Counted from the stretch's first letter, positions 1-8,596 are shown. The stretch is DNA of 24,363 nucleotides from Candidatus Velthaea sp. (GCA_050012475.1 JBEKHC010000081.1:1-24363); one strand, 5' to 3'. Notes: generated by a model not told the origin, from the sequence alone. Numbers and translations are program-made.

Positions 1-1278
1 GCCGCTGCCGTGACGAGCGGGCAGGTGCCGCTCACGCGCCTTCACGACATGGACCAGCGCATTCTGCGCTCGATGTTTGCCGTCGGCGTCGTCGACAGCC
101 CGCCCGTCATCCAGCCGATTCCCGCCGCCGCCGACGCGAGCGTAGCCCAGGCCGATGAGGAACAAGCCGCGGTGCTGCTCAAAAATAGTGCGGTAAACGG
201 CTCGGCCGTGCTTCCGCTCAGCAAGAGCATCGGGTCGATCGCCGTGATCGGTGCGAACGCCGAAGACGGCGTCATCGAAGGCGCGGGTTCGTCGCAAGTC
301 ACGCCGGTGGGCGGACCCGCCGTGACGCAAGATAACCTGTTTCGTAACGCGACGTGGGATCCGTCCCCGCCGCTCACCTACATCGAAGCCGAAGCACCCA
401 GTGCACACGTCACGTTCGCTTCGGGATTGACCGTGTCGACGGCCGTTGCGGCTGCCCAGTCAGCGAATGTCGCCATCGTCTTCGCCTACCAATTCATGAC
501 CGAGGGGACCGATGCGACCGATCTCTCACTGCCCAGCGGGCAGGACGCGCTCATCGAAGCGGTCGCCGCAGCGAATCCCAATACGATCGTCGTGCTCGAA
601 ACCGGCGGTCCGGTGAAGATGCCGTGGGCCGGTTCCGTCAGCGGGATTTTCGAGACGTGGTTCCCGGGGCAGCATGGCGGTCAGGCGATCGCGCGATTAC
701 TGTTCGGCGACGTCGATCCGTCGGGCCGGCTGCCCGTCACGTTCCCGCAAGCTGAGACGCAGTTGCCCCGCCCGGTGCTGGACGGGACCGCGAATCCAAC
801 CGTTCCCTTCGACGTGAACTACAATATCGAGGGCGCCGACGTCGGCTACAAGTGGTTCAATCTCAAAAACCTCACGCCGCTCTTTCCGTTCGGGTTCGGC
901 CTCACGTACACGACGTTCCGTCAAGCGAACCTCGCGATCGGAACCAGCGCCGGCGTCCCCGTGATATCGTTCGACGATACGAACACCGGCGCACGCGAAG
1001 GAATGGACGTCGCGCAATGTTACGTGCAGCTCCCCGACGGCCAGGGCAATTCCGTGAACCGGCTCGTCGGATGGCAGAAAGTCGATCTGCTGCCCGGTCA
1101 GACGCAGCATGTCACCATTACGGCTGATCCGCGCGCGACCGCCACGTTCGATGCGACAACATCAACGCTGCGGATCGTTGCCGGCACCTACCCGGTGTTC
1201 TTGAGCTCATCAGCGGCAGCGGCCGGCGTCGAACTCGCGGGCTCCGTCACGCTGGGCGGACTCGTCGTCGGCCCCTAA
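1..1278 (+). CDS. GH3 beta-glucosidase, C-terminal part (GH3 C-terminal domain + fibronectin type III-like domain); 5' end lies outside the window
   Basis: Frame is open from base 1. Motifs VLLKN, IAVIG, EGTD, PGQHGGQAIARLLFGDVDPSGRLPVTFP, VGYKWF and PLFPFGFGLTYTTF are typical of GH3. Confidence 0.9.
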   Translation, partial: AAAVTSGQVPLTRLHDMDQRILRSMFAVGVVDSPPVIQPIPAAADASVAQADEEQAAVLLKNSAVNGSAVLPLSKSIGSIAVIGANAEDGVIEGAGSSQVTPVGGPAVTQDNLFRNATWDPSPPLTYIEAEAPSAHVTFASGLTVSTAVAAAQSANVAIVFAYQFMTEGTDATDLSLPSGQDALIEAVAAANPNTIVVLETGGPVKMPWAGSVSGIFETWFPGQHGGQAIARLLFGDVDPSGRLPVTFPQAETQLPRPVLDGTANPTVPFDVNYNIEGADVGYKWFNLKNLTPLFPFGFGLTYTTFRQANLAIGTSAGVPVISFDDTNTGAREGMDVAQCYVQLPDGQGNSVNRLVGWQKVDLLPGQTQHVTITADPRATATFDATTSTLRIVAGTYPVFLSSSAAAAGVELAGSVTLGGLVVGP

Positions 1279-1375
1279 CCGAGCGCGGATCGCACGGGAA
1301 GGACTCGTATTGCTGTCGCAATTGCTCCTGGCGCGACGTCTGATTTATTGCGAACGACACGGGAAAGGGGCCACT

Positions 1376-1864
1376 ATGAACGTTACCAGCCAGACTTTCA
1401 AGCACGGCGGCACGATTCCGGACAGTGCGATCTTCAACGGCATGGGCTTATCGGGCGGCAACTTGTCGCCGCAGTTCTCGTGGACGGATGTTCCTCCGGC
1501 GACGAAGAGCTTTGCGATTGTCTGTCACGATCCGGATGCGCCGACGTCGGGCGGCTTCTATCACTGGGTGATGTTCAATATCCCCGGTGATTGGACGGGA
1601 CTGGATGAGGGCGCAGGCAGCAAGAAAGCCGAGGCCCTCGCCCACGGCGAAGTGCTCGGACACACCGACTACGGAGCGACCGGCTACGGCGGTCCGTGTC
1701 CGCCGCCGGGGCCGGCCCATCATTACAACTTCACCGTGTACGCACTCGACGTCCAGACGTTGCCGCTCAGCTCGTCGACGACGGGGGCGTTACTCGAATT
1801 TCAGGCCATCGCGCACACGCTCGACAAAGCGACCATTACCGGACTCTTCGCCCGGCCCGCGTAA
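1376..1864 (+). CDS. YbhB/YbcL family (PEBP/Raf kinase inhibitor-like) protein
   Basis: DPDAP, HW, GYGGPCPPPG and HHYNFTVYALD motifs. ATG 1376 follows a purine-rich GGGAAAGGGG. Confidence 0.9.
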   Translation: MNVTSQTFKHGGTIPDSAIFNGMGLSGGNLSPQFSWTDVPPATKSFAIVCHDPDAPTSGGFYHWVMFNIPGDWTGLDEGAGSKKAEALAHGEVLGHTDYGATGYGGPCPPPGPAHHYNFTVYALDVQTLPLSSSTTGALLEFQAIAHTLDKATITGLFARPA

Positions 1865-1872
1865 GGCGGGCG

Positions 1873-2949
1873 TTGCCGGACAAAGACGAACGGCGCCTGA
1901 AGGTCGGCGTGCTCGGATGCGGTCCGATCGCGCAGGCCGTGCATTTCCAGAGCTGTACCAAAGCGCGCAATGCCGACCTCTACGCGATCTGCGATGTCGC
2001 GACCGATCTCGTCGAACGCTTTGCCTGGACGCATTCGCCGCAGCGGACCTTCTCGGCGTACGGCGCGATGTTAGCCGATCCGCAACTCGAAGCGGTCATC
2101 GTCGCCGTCTCGGACACCTTTCACGTCGCCGCCTCGATCCAAGCCCTTGAAGCCGGCAAGCACGTGCTATGCGAGAAACCGATCGGCACGGATCTCGCCG
2201 AGGTTGAGCGCCTGCGCGAGGCAGTGGCCGCGTCCGGCAAGTGCTTGCAGGTCGGCCACATGAAACGCTTCGACGCCGGTCTCCAAGCTGCGAAAGCGTT
2301 CATCGAGACGGATATGGGCGAGCTGCTGGCGCTCAAAGTTTGGTATTGCGACTCGACGCATCGGTATGCGCTCACCGATGCCGTGCAACCGCTGATCGTG
2401 CGCAGTTCCCAGACCAAAAAGCCGGCGGCCGATCCGAAAGCGGACCTGCGCCGCTACTACATGCTCGCGCACGGAAGCCATCTGGTCGATACGGCGCGCT
2501 ATTTCGGCGGTGACGTCGTAGAAGTCGAGGCGCGTCTGCGCGAGCGCTTCGGTGCCTATTGCTGGTTTGTCGACGTCGCCTATGCCAACGGCACGCTCGG
2601 GCATCTCGATCTCACCGTCGCCGTGCGCATGGACTGGCACGAAGGCTTTCAAATCTACGGGCAAAACGGGAGCGTGCTGGGCAAAACCTACAATCCGTGG
2701 CTATTCAAAACCAGCGACGTGGACATTTTCGACGAACGAGATGCTGCCGTGCACCGCGTGCTGGGCGCCGACGGCCACTTCTATCGCCGCCAGCTCGAAG
2801 CGTTCGCGGCAACGATCCTCGATGGAGCGCCGATGACCGGTGCGTCGATCGAGGATGGCGTCGCTTCGGTCAGGGCGATGCTGGCCATCGCCGAGTCGGC
2901 GCGCAGCGGGCGGCCGGTTCGACTCGCCGACGTGTCGGGGCCGATCTAA
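1873..2949 (+). CDS. Gfo/Idh/MocA family NAD(P)-dependent oxidoreductase
   Basis: KVGVLGCGPIA Rossmann motif, GKHVLCEKP, VGHMKRFD and HGSH. In-frame TTG at 1873 follows AAGGCGGG. Confidence 0.9.
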   Translation: MPDKDERRLKVGVLGCGPIAQAVHFQSCTKARNADLYAICDVATDLVERFAWTHSPQRTFSAYGAMLADPQLEAVIVAVSDTFHVAASIQALEAGKHVLCEKPIGTDLAEVERLREAVAASGKCLQVGHMKRFDAGLQAAKAFIETDMGELLALKVWYCDSTHRYALTDAVQPLIVRSSQTKKPAADPKADLRRYYMLAHGSHLVDTARYFGGDVVEVEARLRERFGAYCWFVDVAYANGTLGHLDLTVAVRMDWHEGFQIYGQNGSVLGKTYNPWLFKTSDVDIFDERDAAVHRVLGADGHFYRRQLEAFAATILDGAPMTGASIEDGVASVRAMLAIAESARSGRPVRLADVSGPI

Positions 2950-3785
2950 TGCAGCTTGGCATCTTCGCGAAAACCTTTGCGGGCCGAGACCCGGGCTCGG
3001 TCTTCCGCGCCGCGCGAGCGGCGGGCTACCGCGCCGTGCAATACAACATGGCGTGTTCGGGCTTGCCCCCAATGCCCGTCGAGATCCCGCCCGGCACGGC
3101 GGACGCGATTTGCGCCGCAGCCCGGCAAACCGGTGTCGCGGTGGCGGCCATTTCCGCCACCTATAATATGATCCATCCCGACTGCGCCGTCCGGCGGCGC
3201 GGCCACGCGAGCTTGGCCTGCATCGCCGCCGTCGCCCGGGAGATCGGCGCGCCGCTGCTCACGCTGTGTACCGGCACACGCGACCCCGCCGATCAGTGGC
3301 GCGCGCATCCCGACAACCAAACGCCGCGAGCCTGGCGCGACCTGCTGGTCAGTATCGAAACGGCGGTGGAGATCGCGGAACGGTATGGCGTCGCTCTGGG
3401 GATCGAACCCGAACCGGCAAACGTGGTGCATTCCGCCGACCTCGCGCGACGGTTGATGATCGAGATCGGCAGCCCGCGACTGCGCATCGTCCTCGATCCG
3501 GCGAACCTGTTCGCGGTTGAATCGTTGGACCGCCAGCGCGCGATCGTGGCCGACGCAATCGAAAAGCTCGCCGACCGGCTTTCCTTGGTCCATGCGAAAG
3601 ATCGCGATGCGGCCGGCCGCGTGGTTACGGCCGGCACCGGCGTTCTCGATTACCGCTTTTATTTTCGGCGGCTGCGCGATGCGCGGTATACCGGCCCGGT
3701 CATCACCCACGGATTGCACGCCGAGGAGGCGGCGGATGTGGCGGCATTTCTCGAGCGCCGGCTTGCCGAGTTGAGCCCGGTATGA
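2949..3785 (+). CDS. Sugar phosphate isomerase/epimerase (xylose isomerase-like TIM barrel)
   Basis: ATG overlaps the upstream TAA (TAATG). Metal-ligand motifs GIEPE, LDPANL and HAKD are present, plus YNMIHP. Confidence 0.85.
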   Translation: MQLGIFAKTFAGRDPGSVFRAARAAGYRAVQYNMACSGLPPMPVEIPPGTADAICAAARQTGVAVAAISATYNMIHPDCAVRRRGHASLACIAAVAREIGAPLLTLCTGTRDPADQWRAHPDNQTPRAWRDLLVSIETAVEIAERYGVALGIEPEPANVVHSADLARRLMIEIGSPRLRIVLDPANLFAVESLDRQRAIVADAIEKLADRLSLVHAKDRDAAGRVVTAGTGVLDYRFYFRRLRDARYTGPVITHGLHAEEAADVAAFLERRLAELSPV

Positions 3786-4591
3786 TGACCGGCCGCGCGC
3801 ACGACGTCGACGGTGTCCGCCTAGCGGTGTTGGAGCGGGGCACGGGTGCACCCGTGTTGTTCGAGCACGGCTTATGCGGCGACGCGCTCCAGCCCGCCGA
3901 AGTCTTTCCGCTTCAAGCCTTTCGTTGTCTGACGGTCGAGTGCCGTGGACACGGCGGCTCCGGCGCCGGCGACCCGCAGCACTTCCGCATCGCCACGTTC
4001 TGCGACGACATCGCACGCTATTTGGATCGCCGGCGGCTCGGTCCGCTAACGATCGGCGGAATTTCGATGGGCGCGGCGATCGCGTTGCGGCTGGCCGTCG
4101 TGCGGCCCGACCTCGTGAAGGCGTTGATTTTAGCGCGCCCGGCCTGGACCACCGAGGCCGCGCCCGAAAACATGCGCCCCTACGCGCTCATCGGCGATCT
4201 GCTCGCTACATTCCCGGCGGCAGAAGCGCGCAGACGCTTCGAGCTATCCGCGACAGCGCGCGAGTTCGCGCAACGAGCGCCGGCGAACCTCGCGTCGTTG
4301 CGCAGCTTTTTCGCGCGTGAGCCGCAAACGACGACGGCGGCTCTGCTTTCCCGCATTTCGGCAGACGGGCCAGGCGTGAGCCGCGCGCAAGTTCGCGCGC
4401 TCGACGTTCCGGCGCTGGTGATCGCGCACGACCGCGATCTGGTGCACACGCTGGACGTAGCCAACGAATTGGCCGCGCTCATTCCCGGCGCACGCTTGGC
4501 CGTCATTTCAGCGAAGGCGGATGACAACGCGCGTTACGTCGAAGATTTTCGCGCGGCTCTGCGGGCGTTTCTCGCGGAGTTGACGGCATGA
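3782..4591 (+). CDS. Alpha/beta fold hydrolase
   Basis: HGLCG, RGHGGS and nucleophile elbow GISMGA. ATGA overlap with the upstream gene. Confidence 0.85.
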   Translation: MMTGRAHDVDGVRLAVLERGTGAPVLFEHGLCGDALQPAEVFPLQAFRCLTVECRGHGGSGAGDPQHFRIATFCDDIARYLDRRRLGPLTIGGISMGAAIALRLAVVRPDLVKALILARPAWTTEAAPENMRPYALIGDLLATFPAAEARRRFELSATAREFAQRAPANLASLRSFFAREPQTTTAALLSRISADGPGVSRAQVRALDVPALVIAHDRDLVHTLDVANELAALIPGARLAVISAKADDNARYVEDFRAALRAFLAELTA

Positions 4592-4668
4592 ATCCCGTTC
4601 GCTCATGGCTTGACGATCTGCCGCACGACCGGCATGCGTTGGCTCTGTGCGCAACCGTTGAAGCATGA
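4588..4668 (+). pseudogene. Coupled 26-codon ORF (MNPVRSWLDDLPHDR...), probably the 5' remnant of a deleted next gene of the operon
   Basis: ATGA overlap with the hydrolase stop and GGAG at 4576-4579, matching the coupling style of the operon. Stops after 26 codons. Confidence 0.35.
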
Positions 4669-4687
4669 AAAGCTGGTATGAGGTTTG

Positions 4688-5647
4688 ATGATGTTTCCGA
4701 AAACCGCCGATGAATCCGATGCTGCGTGGCCGGACGTCGATCTGTCACGTTGGGCGCCGACCAAGCGCAGCCTGCATCTCTACACACAAATGCTGGGCAA
4801 GCTGCGCCTGGCATTGAGTCCGGCGCTGCCGAACTGGATGTTTACGGCGCTGCATCTCAACGCACGCGGACTCACGACCGGTTCGATGCCGTGGAACAGC
4901 TCCGCAGTCGAGGCGCTCATCGATGTCTTCGATTCGGCGATCGTCATCCGGAGCAGCACGGGAGCGGAACGTCGCATCGAACTCGTTCCCGCGCGCACGG
5001 TCGCCGAGATATTCGCTGCCTTCGGGAGCGCCCTCGCCGCGCTGGGCGTCGCCTGCCGCATCTCGCCGATTCCGCAGGAAGTCGCCGATACCACACCTTT
5101 TCACGCCGATACGCAAGCGCCGGCGTATGAACCCGCGGCCGCGCAGCGTTGGTTTCGCGCCGTGACGTCGAGTGCGGGAATCTTCGATGCCTGGCGCTCG
5201 CACTTTTTCGGCCGCTCCGGCATTCAACTTTGGTGGGGCGCCTTCGACCTTGCGCTGATCCTTTTCAACGGCCGCCACTTCCCCGCGCCGGCCGACCGGG
5301 GATATCTCATGAAGTACGACCTCGACGCCGAGCTGATGAATTGCGGACTCTACCTCGGTGACGAAAACACGCCGGCGTTCTTCTACGGCTATATCTTTCC
5401 ACAACCGTCCGGAGCGGAAGCGTTCGCGATGACGCCGGCCGCCGTCACGTGGTCGACCGCGCTCAAAGAATGGATCTTGCCCTACGACATCGTTCGCCGG
5501 GCCGCCGAACCAGCCGCGGAGCTGCGCTCGTTCTTGGATGCGTTGTACGAACGTTGCGTGACTGACGCGGGCTGGGATCGAGCGCAGCTCTCATACGACG
5601 CGCCGCCGAAGCTGCTCCTCCGGCACAACGACGGAACCGAGCGCTGA
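4688..5647 (+). CDS. DUF5996 family protein
   Basis: SLHLYTQMLGKLRLALSP..NW, GLTT, LWWGAFDLA..FNGR and PAFFYGYIFPQP resemble DUF5996. The start could be 4688 or 4691. Confidence 0.75.
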   Translation: MMFPKTADESDAAWPDVDLSRWAPTKRSLHLYTQMLGKLRLALSPALPNWMFTALHLNARGLTTGSMPWNSSAVEALIDVFDSAIVIRSSTGAERRIELVPARTVAEIFAAFGSALAALGVACRISPIPQEVADTTPFHADTQAPAYEPAAAQRWFRAVTSSAGIFDAWRSHFFGRSGIQLWWGAFDLALILFNGRHFPAPADRGYLMKYDLDAELMNCGLYLGDENTPAFFYGYIFPQPSGAEAFAMTPAAVTWSTALKEWILPYDIVRRAAEPAAELRSFLDALYERCVTDAGWDRAQLSYDAPPKLLLRHNDGTER

Positions 5648-5655
5648 AAGAAATG

Positions 5656-5671
5656 TGTGGCCTTCCCCACA
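5656..5671. terminator. Short hairpin after DUF5996; possible terminator (U-rich tail on the minus strand)
   Basis: TGTGG-CCTTCC-CCACA, preceded by AAAGAAA. Confidence 0.3.
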
Positions 5672-6071
5672 GCGTTTGGTCAAGTTTTTCGGCATCGTTC
5701 GTCGAATACGACGCGCATGACGCGCTTGCTATTCAAGACGGCTCGTTATTCCGCGTGGAAGCACGTTGCCGAAAAAGCAGCCTACGGTAATTCGCGACCG
5801 CTCCTTCGTCGCGTACGCGATCGCTCGATACTGCGCCGGCTCAGTCCGTTATTTCGGCGTTAGCGCCGTTCAGCAACAAAGTTGGCTTAAAACGCACCCG
5901 CCTTTTGTCGGAAGTGCGCTTGCTGTGCGTCCTCGCGATGAATGACGTGCTCGCGGCGTCTATCCGCGTCGCATGCGTTCTCGCGGCGTCCGACCGGCGA
6001 AAGCGTCCACGGGTGCGATCGCGATGCGGGAAGAACGGCTTGGAATTCGAAAGCCGTGAAGGAGGCTGACC

Positions 6072-6578
6072 GTTCATTCGCGCCTGTCGGCCCTCGCACT
6101 CGTGCTCGCCGCCCTCTTTTCGGCGTCGCGACCGTTCGCCGCGGACGCGCGCGTGCTGGTCGCCACCGTCGGCAAGCCGGCCCCGGCATTCGTGCTCGAA
6201 GATCTCAGCGGCGCGCCCGTTTCATCCGCTTCGCTGCACGGCAAGCCGCTCTACATCAACGTGTTCGCATCGTGGTGTCCGCCGTGCCGGGTTGAGTTGC
6301 CAGCGATCGTACGCGGGTACAGCCGCTTCAAGGCGAAGGTCGCCTTCCTGGGCGTCGATGAGCAAGAACCAGCGGAGAAGATCCAGCCCTTTCGGCGCGC
6401 CATGGGTATCCGGTACCCGATCGCGATCGACCAAGGCCAGATGGAGGCGAGTTATCGTGCTCACTCCGTGCCGACGAGCGTTTTCATCGACCGCCGCGGG
6501 ATCGTCCGGGCGCTCTACCGCGGGCCGATTCCGCCGCCGCTCTTGCAGAAATATCTCGAGCTGATCGCCGCATCGTAA
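6072..6578 (+). CDS. TlpA/ResA-like thiol-disulfide oxidoreductase with signal peptide; start uncertain (GTT 6072 or GTG 6102)
   Basis: PAPAFVLEDLSG, FASWCPPCRVELP (CxxC) and VPTSVFIDRRG. SD AAGGAGG at 6059-6065. Confidence 0.85.
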   Translation, partial: VHSRLSALALVLAALFSASRPFAADARVLVATVGKPAPAFVLEDLSGAPVSSASLHGKPLYINVFASWCPPCRVELPAIVRGYSRFKAKVAFLGVDEQEPAEKIQPFRRAMGIRYPIAIDQGQMEASYRAHSVPTSVFIDRRGIVRALYRGPIPPPLLQKYLELIAAS

Positions 6579-6591
6579 GGAGACGGCTGGG

Positions 6592-7368
6592 TTGAACAGG
6601 GAACGATTTTTAGCCGTCACCAGCGCCGGTGTTGCGCTGGGCACGCGGCGTGCAGCGGCCGTGGCGCCGGCGTTCATCTTGACCGAACGGATCCGTCCGG
6701 GTGCGCGACTGTCGCTGGCCCAGCTGCTGGCGCGATACCCGACCGCGTTGGGCGGCGACCTCGTCCAGTACGAACTGGGCTTCGGTGCGGCCTACGACAA
6801 GCAGATCGGTTTCGGTCACGAGATCGACGGCGGCATGCGCCGCTCATTCGTGGAAACGCAGGTCGGAAACGGAGACCACGCCTGCAATCCCAACACGCTC
6901 AAAAAGGTGTACTTGAAGAGCAACACGTTCGCCGGCGTGTTTACTCCCTATCCGGCACTGACCTACGTCACGCGTTCGGGGAACATGCTCACGCGCTGGG
7001 GTGACGGCGTCGGGCCCGAGGCCGCCAATTTGCTCTTACTCGATACCCGAACGCTCTACGATCCGCGCCGCGCAACGGTCACCCACGTCGAGCCGGCAAA
7101 TGTTGAAGTCGACGGCCGCGCCATCGCCGCGACCCACGTGAGAGCGACCTACCACTCGGCTAACGGTCAACAATTGCGCCGCGTCGAACTGTGGCTGTCG
7201 CCGGCCATACCGCTGGGCTTGGTGAAAATGACGGCCGTGGCGCCCGACGTGGACCCGTTCCATCTGAGCGTGTACAAGTTCGCCCGGCACTTCAAAACCG
7301 AGCTCGCGATGTCGCTCACGACCATCCGCGCGCTCACGCCCACCGGCGACGTTCCCGTCCTGCAATAA
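6592..7368 (+). CDS. Hypothetical exported protein with Tat-like leader (NRERFL)
   Basis: TTG follows AAGGAG; codon usage is coding-like; beta-rich sequence ending ...VELWLSPAIPLGLVKM. Confidence 0.7.
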   Translation: MNRERFLAVTSAGVALGTRRAAAVAPAFILTERIRPGARLSLAQLLARYPTALGGDLVQYELGFGAAYDKQIGFGHEIDGGMRRSFVETQVGNGDHACNPNTLKKVYLKSNTFAGVFTPYPALTYVTRSGNMLTRWGDGVGPEAANLLLLDTRTLYDPRRATVTHVEPANVEVDGRAIAATHVRATYHSANGQQLRRVELWLSPAIPLGLVKMTAVAPDVDPFHLSVYKFARHFKTELAMSLTTIRALTPTGDVPVLQ

Positions 7369-7384
7369 GCCGCTGCGATCGCAG

Positions 7385-7404
7385 TGGGCCGAGTCGCCCA
7401 TTTT
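7385..7404 (+). terminator. Probable intrinsic terminator
   Basis: TGGGC-CGAGTC-GCCCA followed by TTTT, between convergent genes. Confidence 0.4.
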
Positions 7405-7424
7405 AGACCGATGCGGGGACCTTT

Positions 7425-8120
7425 TTAGACCGACGCGGGAATGAACGTGAACTTTCGCTCCTGGGCTTGATTGACGGCCGCCACGCCGGCTGGAACGAGC
7501 AACACGCCGGGCAAAAGGTGCGCGCGCAAATCGGCGTGGACGGTTTGCACCGGCTCGTCGGACATGCCGTACGAAACCGCAATGTCCGTGGCCAGTCCGG
7601 TCAAAGCGTTGTCGCAGGCGAAAAACGATGCTTTGCGTTTGGTCAGCGCTTCGACCGACGTGTCGTGATAGAAGCCGTGCATCTCGCTGCGCGCCGCAGC
7701 GGGATCGAGCGACGACGTCGCGCGGCCGTACGGATTTCCGCCGCCGGGTGCGGCGCGCTTGGCCGGATCGCCGCGACGCTGTTGAACGACGTCGAGCCGA
7801 TACTTCTTCCAGACCGCATCGTCGAGCAGCAATGCAACCGACGTTCCGTAAAAGATTCCCAACGCGTGCAGCGTCCCGGCACCCTCGCCGTAGTCGAATT
7901 CGTAGGCGTTGAGCGAATTGAGCATCAGCGCCCCCGCCGTGCCGTCAGCCAGCGCGTGCGAGCCGAATGCTTGCCGATGGGCGAACGGCAGGTTCAGGCG
8001 CTGCTCGATCGCCGCGAAATCGTAGGGGCCGGCCGCCGCGCTGACGCTGGGTGATCCGGCAACGTGGGCCGCCGCGAATACGAGTGCCGAGGCGCCGACA
8101 AAGGTGCGTCGTGACTGCAT
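7425..8120 (-). CDS. Tat-exported protein with DsrE/DsrF-like C-terminal domain
   Basis: MQSRRTFVG twin-arginine signal; FFACDNAL and VPAGVAAVNQAQERKFTFI resemble DsrE-like proteins. The longer ORF start at 8450 is rnpB antisense. Confidence 0.75.
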   Translation of the reverse strand: MQSRRTFVGASALVFAAAHVAGSPSVSAAAGPYDFAAIEQRLNLPFAHRQAFGSHALADGTAGALMLNSLNAYEFDYGEGAGTLHALGIFYGTSVALLLDDAVWKKYRLDVVQQRRGDPAKRAAPGGGNPYGRATSSLDPAAARSEMHGFYHDTSVEALTKRKASFFACDNALTGLATDIAVSYGMSDEPVQTVHADLRAHLLPGVLLVPAGVAAVNQAQERKFTFIPASV

Positions 8121-8169
8121 GCCGCCCGCTGTTCGCGACCCCGCGGCGCTTTCCGTTCGCGCGAAGGTG

Positions 8170-8178
8170 TGATACGAT
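8170..8178 (+). promoter_or_regulatory. Extended -10 promoter of rnpB (TG-A-TACGAT)
   Basis: TGnTAnnnT consensus 5-6 nt upstream of the P1 helix. Confidence 0.6.
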
Positions 8179-8183
8179 GCGGC

Positions 8184-8596
8184 GCGCGGAGCACGCCGGG
8201 TCATCGCAGGCAAGCGTTGTCTGAGGAAAGTCCGGGCTTCATAGGGCAAGGTGCAGGATAACGTCCTGTCGGGGTGACTCGAAGGAAAGTGCCACAGAAA
8301 CAAACCGCCGGTTTCGGCTTGCCGAAAACTGCCGCTCGAAGGGCGGGGGTTTGGTGCTTTTAGCACCCAACCCGTAAGGGTGAAATCGTGAGGTAAGAGC
8401 TCACGGCGGTCCGCGGAGACGCGGCCGCGGGCAAACCCCACCTGAAGCAAGATCGCTCGCTAACCGCGGTGACGCGGCGGCCGGCCCGGCCGCACGAGCT
8501 GCATCGCAACGAGCCGTCCGGCGACGGTCGGCCCAGATAGATGATGACCCCCGCGTTCGCGCGGGACAGAATCCGGCTTACAGGCGTGCTCCGCGC
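8184..8596 (+). ncRNA. rnpB: RNase P RNA, type A
   Basis: GAGGAAAGTCCGGGC, GAAAGTGCCACAGAAA, GGGTGAAA, GGTAAGAG, GGCAAACCC and ACAGAATCCGGCTTA are present. P1: 8184-8197 is the perfect reverse complement of 8583-8596. Confidence 0.97.

Noticed and set aside
1696..2948. Extended starts at 1696 and 2559 for the oxidoreductase and isomerase
   Set aside because: They overlap real upstream genes with Arg-rich non-protein-like sequence; starts at 1873 and 2949 fit the domains and coupling.
5657..6077. Small ORFs 5657-5863 (+) and 5841-6077 (-)
   Set aside because: No SD, atypical composition and no motifs.
8121..8450. N-terminal extension of the 341-aa minus-strand ORF
   Set aside because: It is antisense to rnpB; the Tat signal marks the start at 8120.
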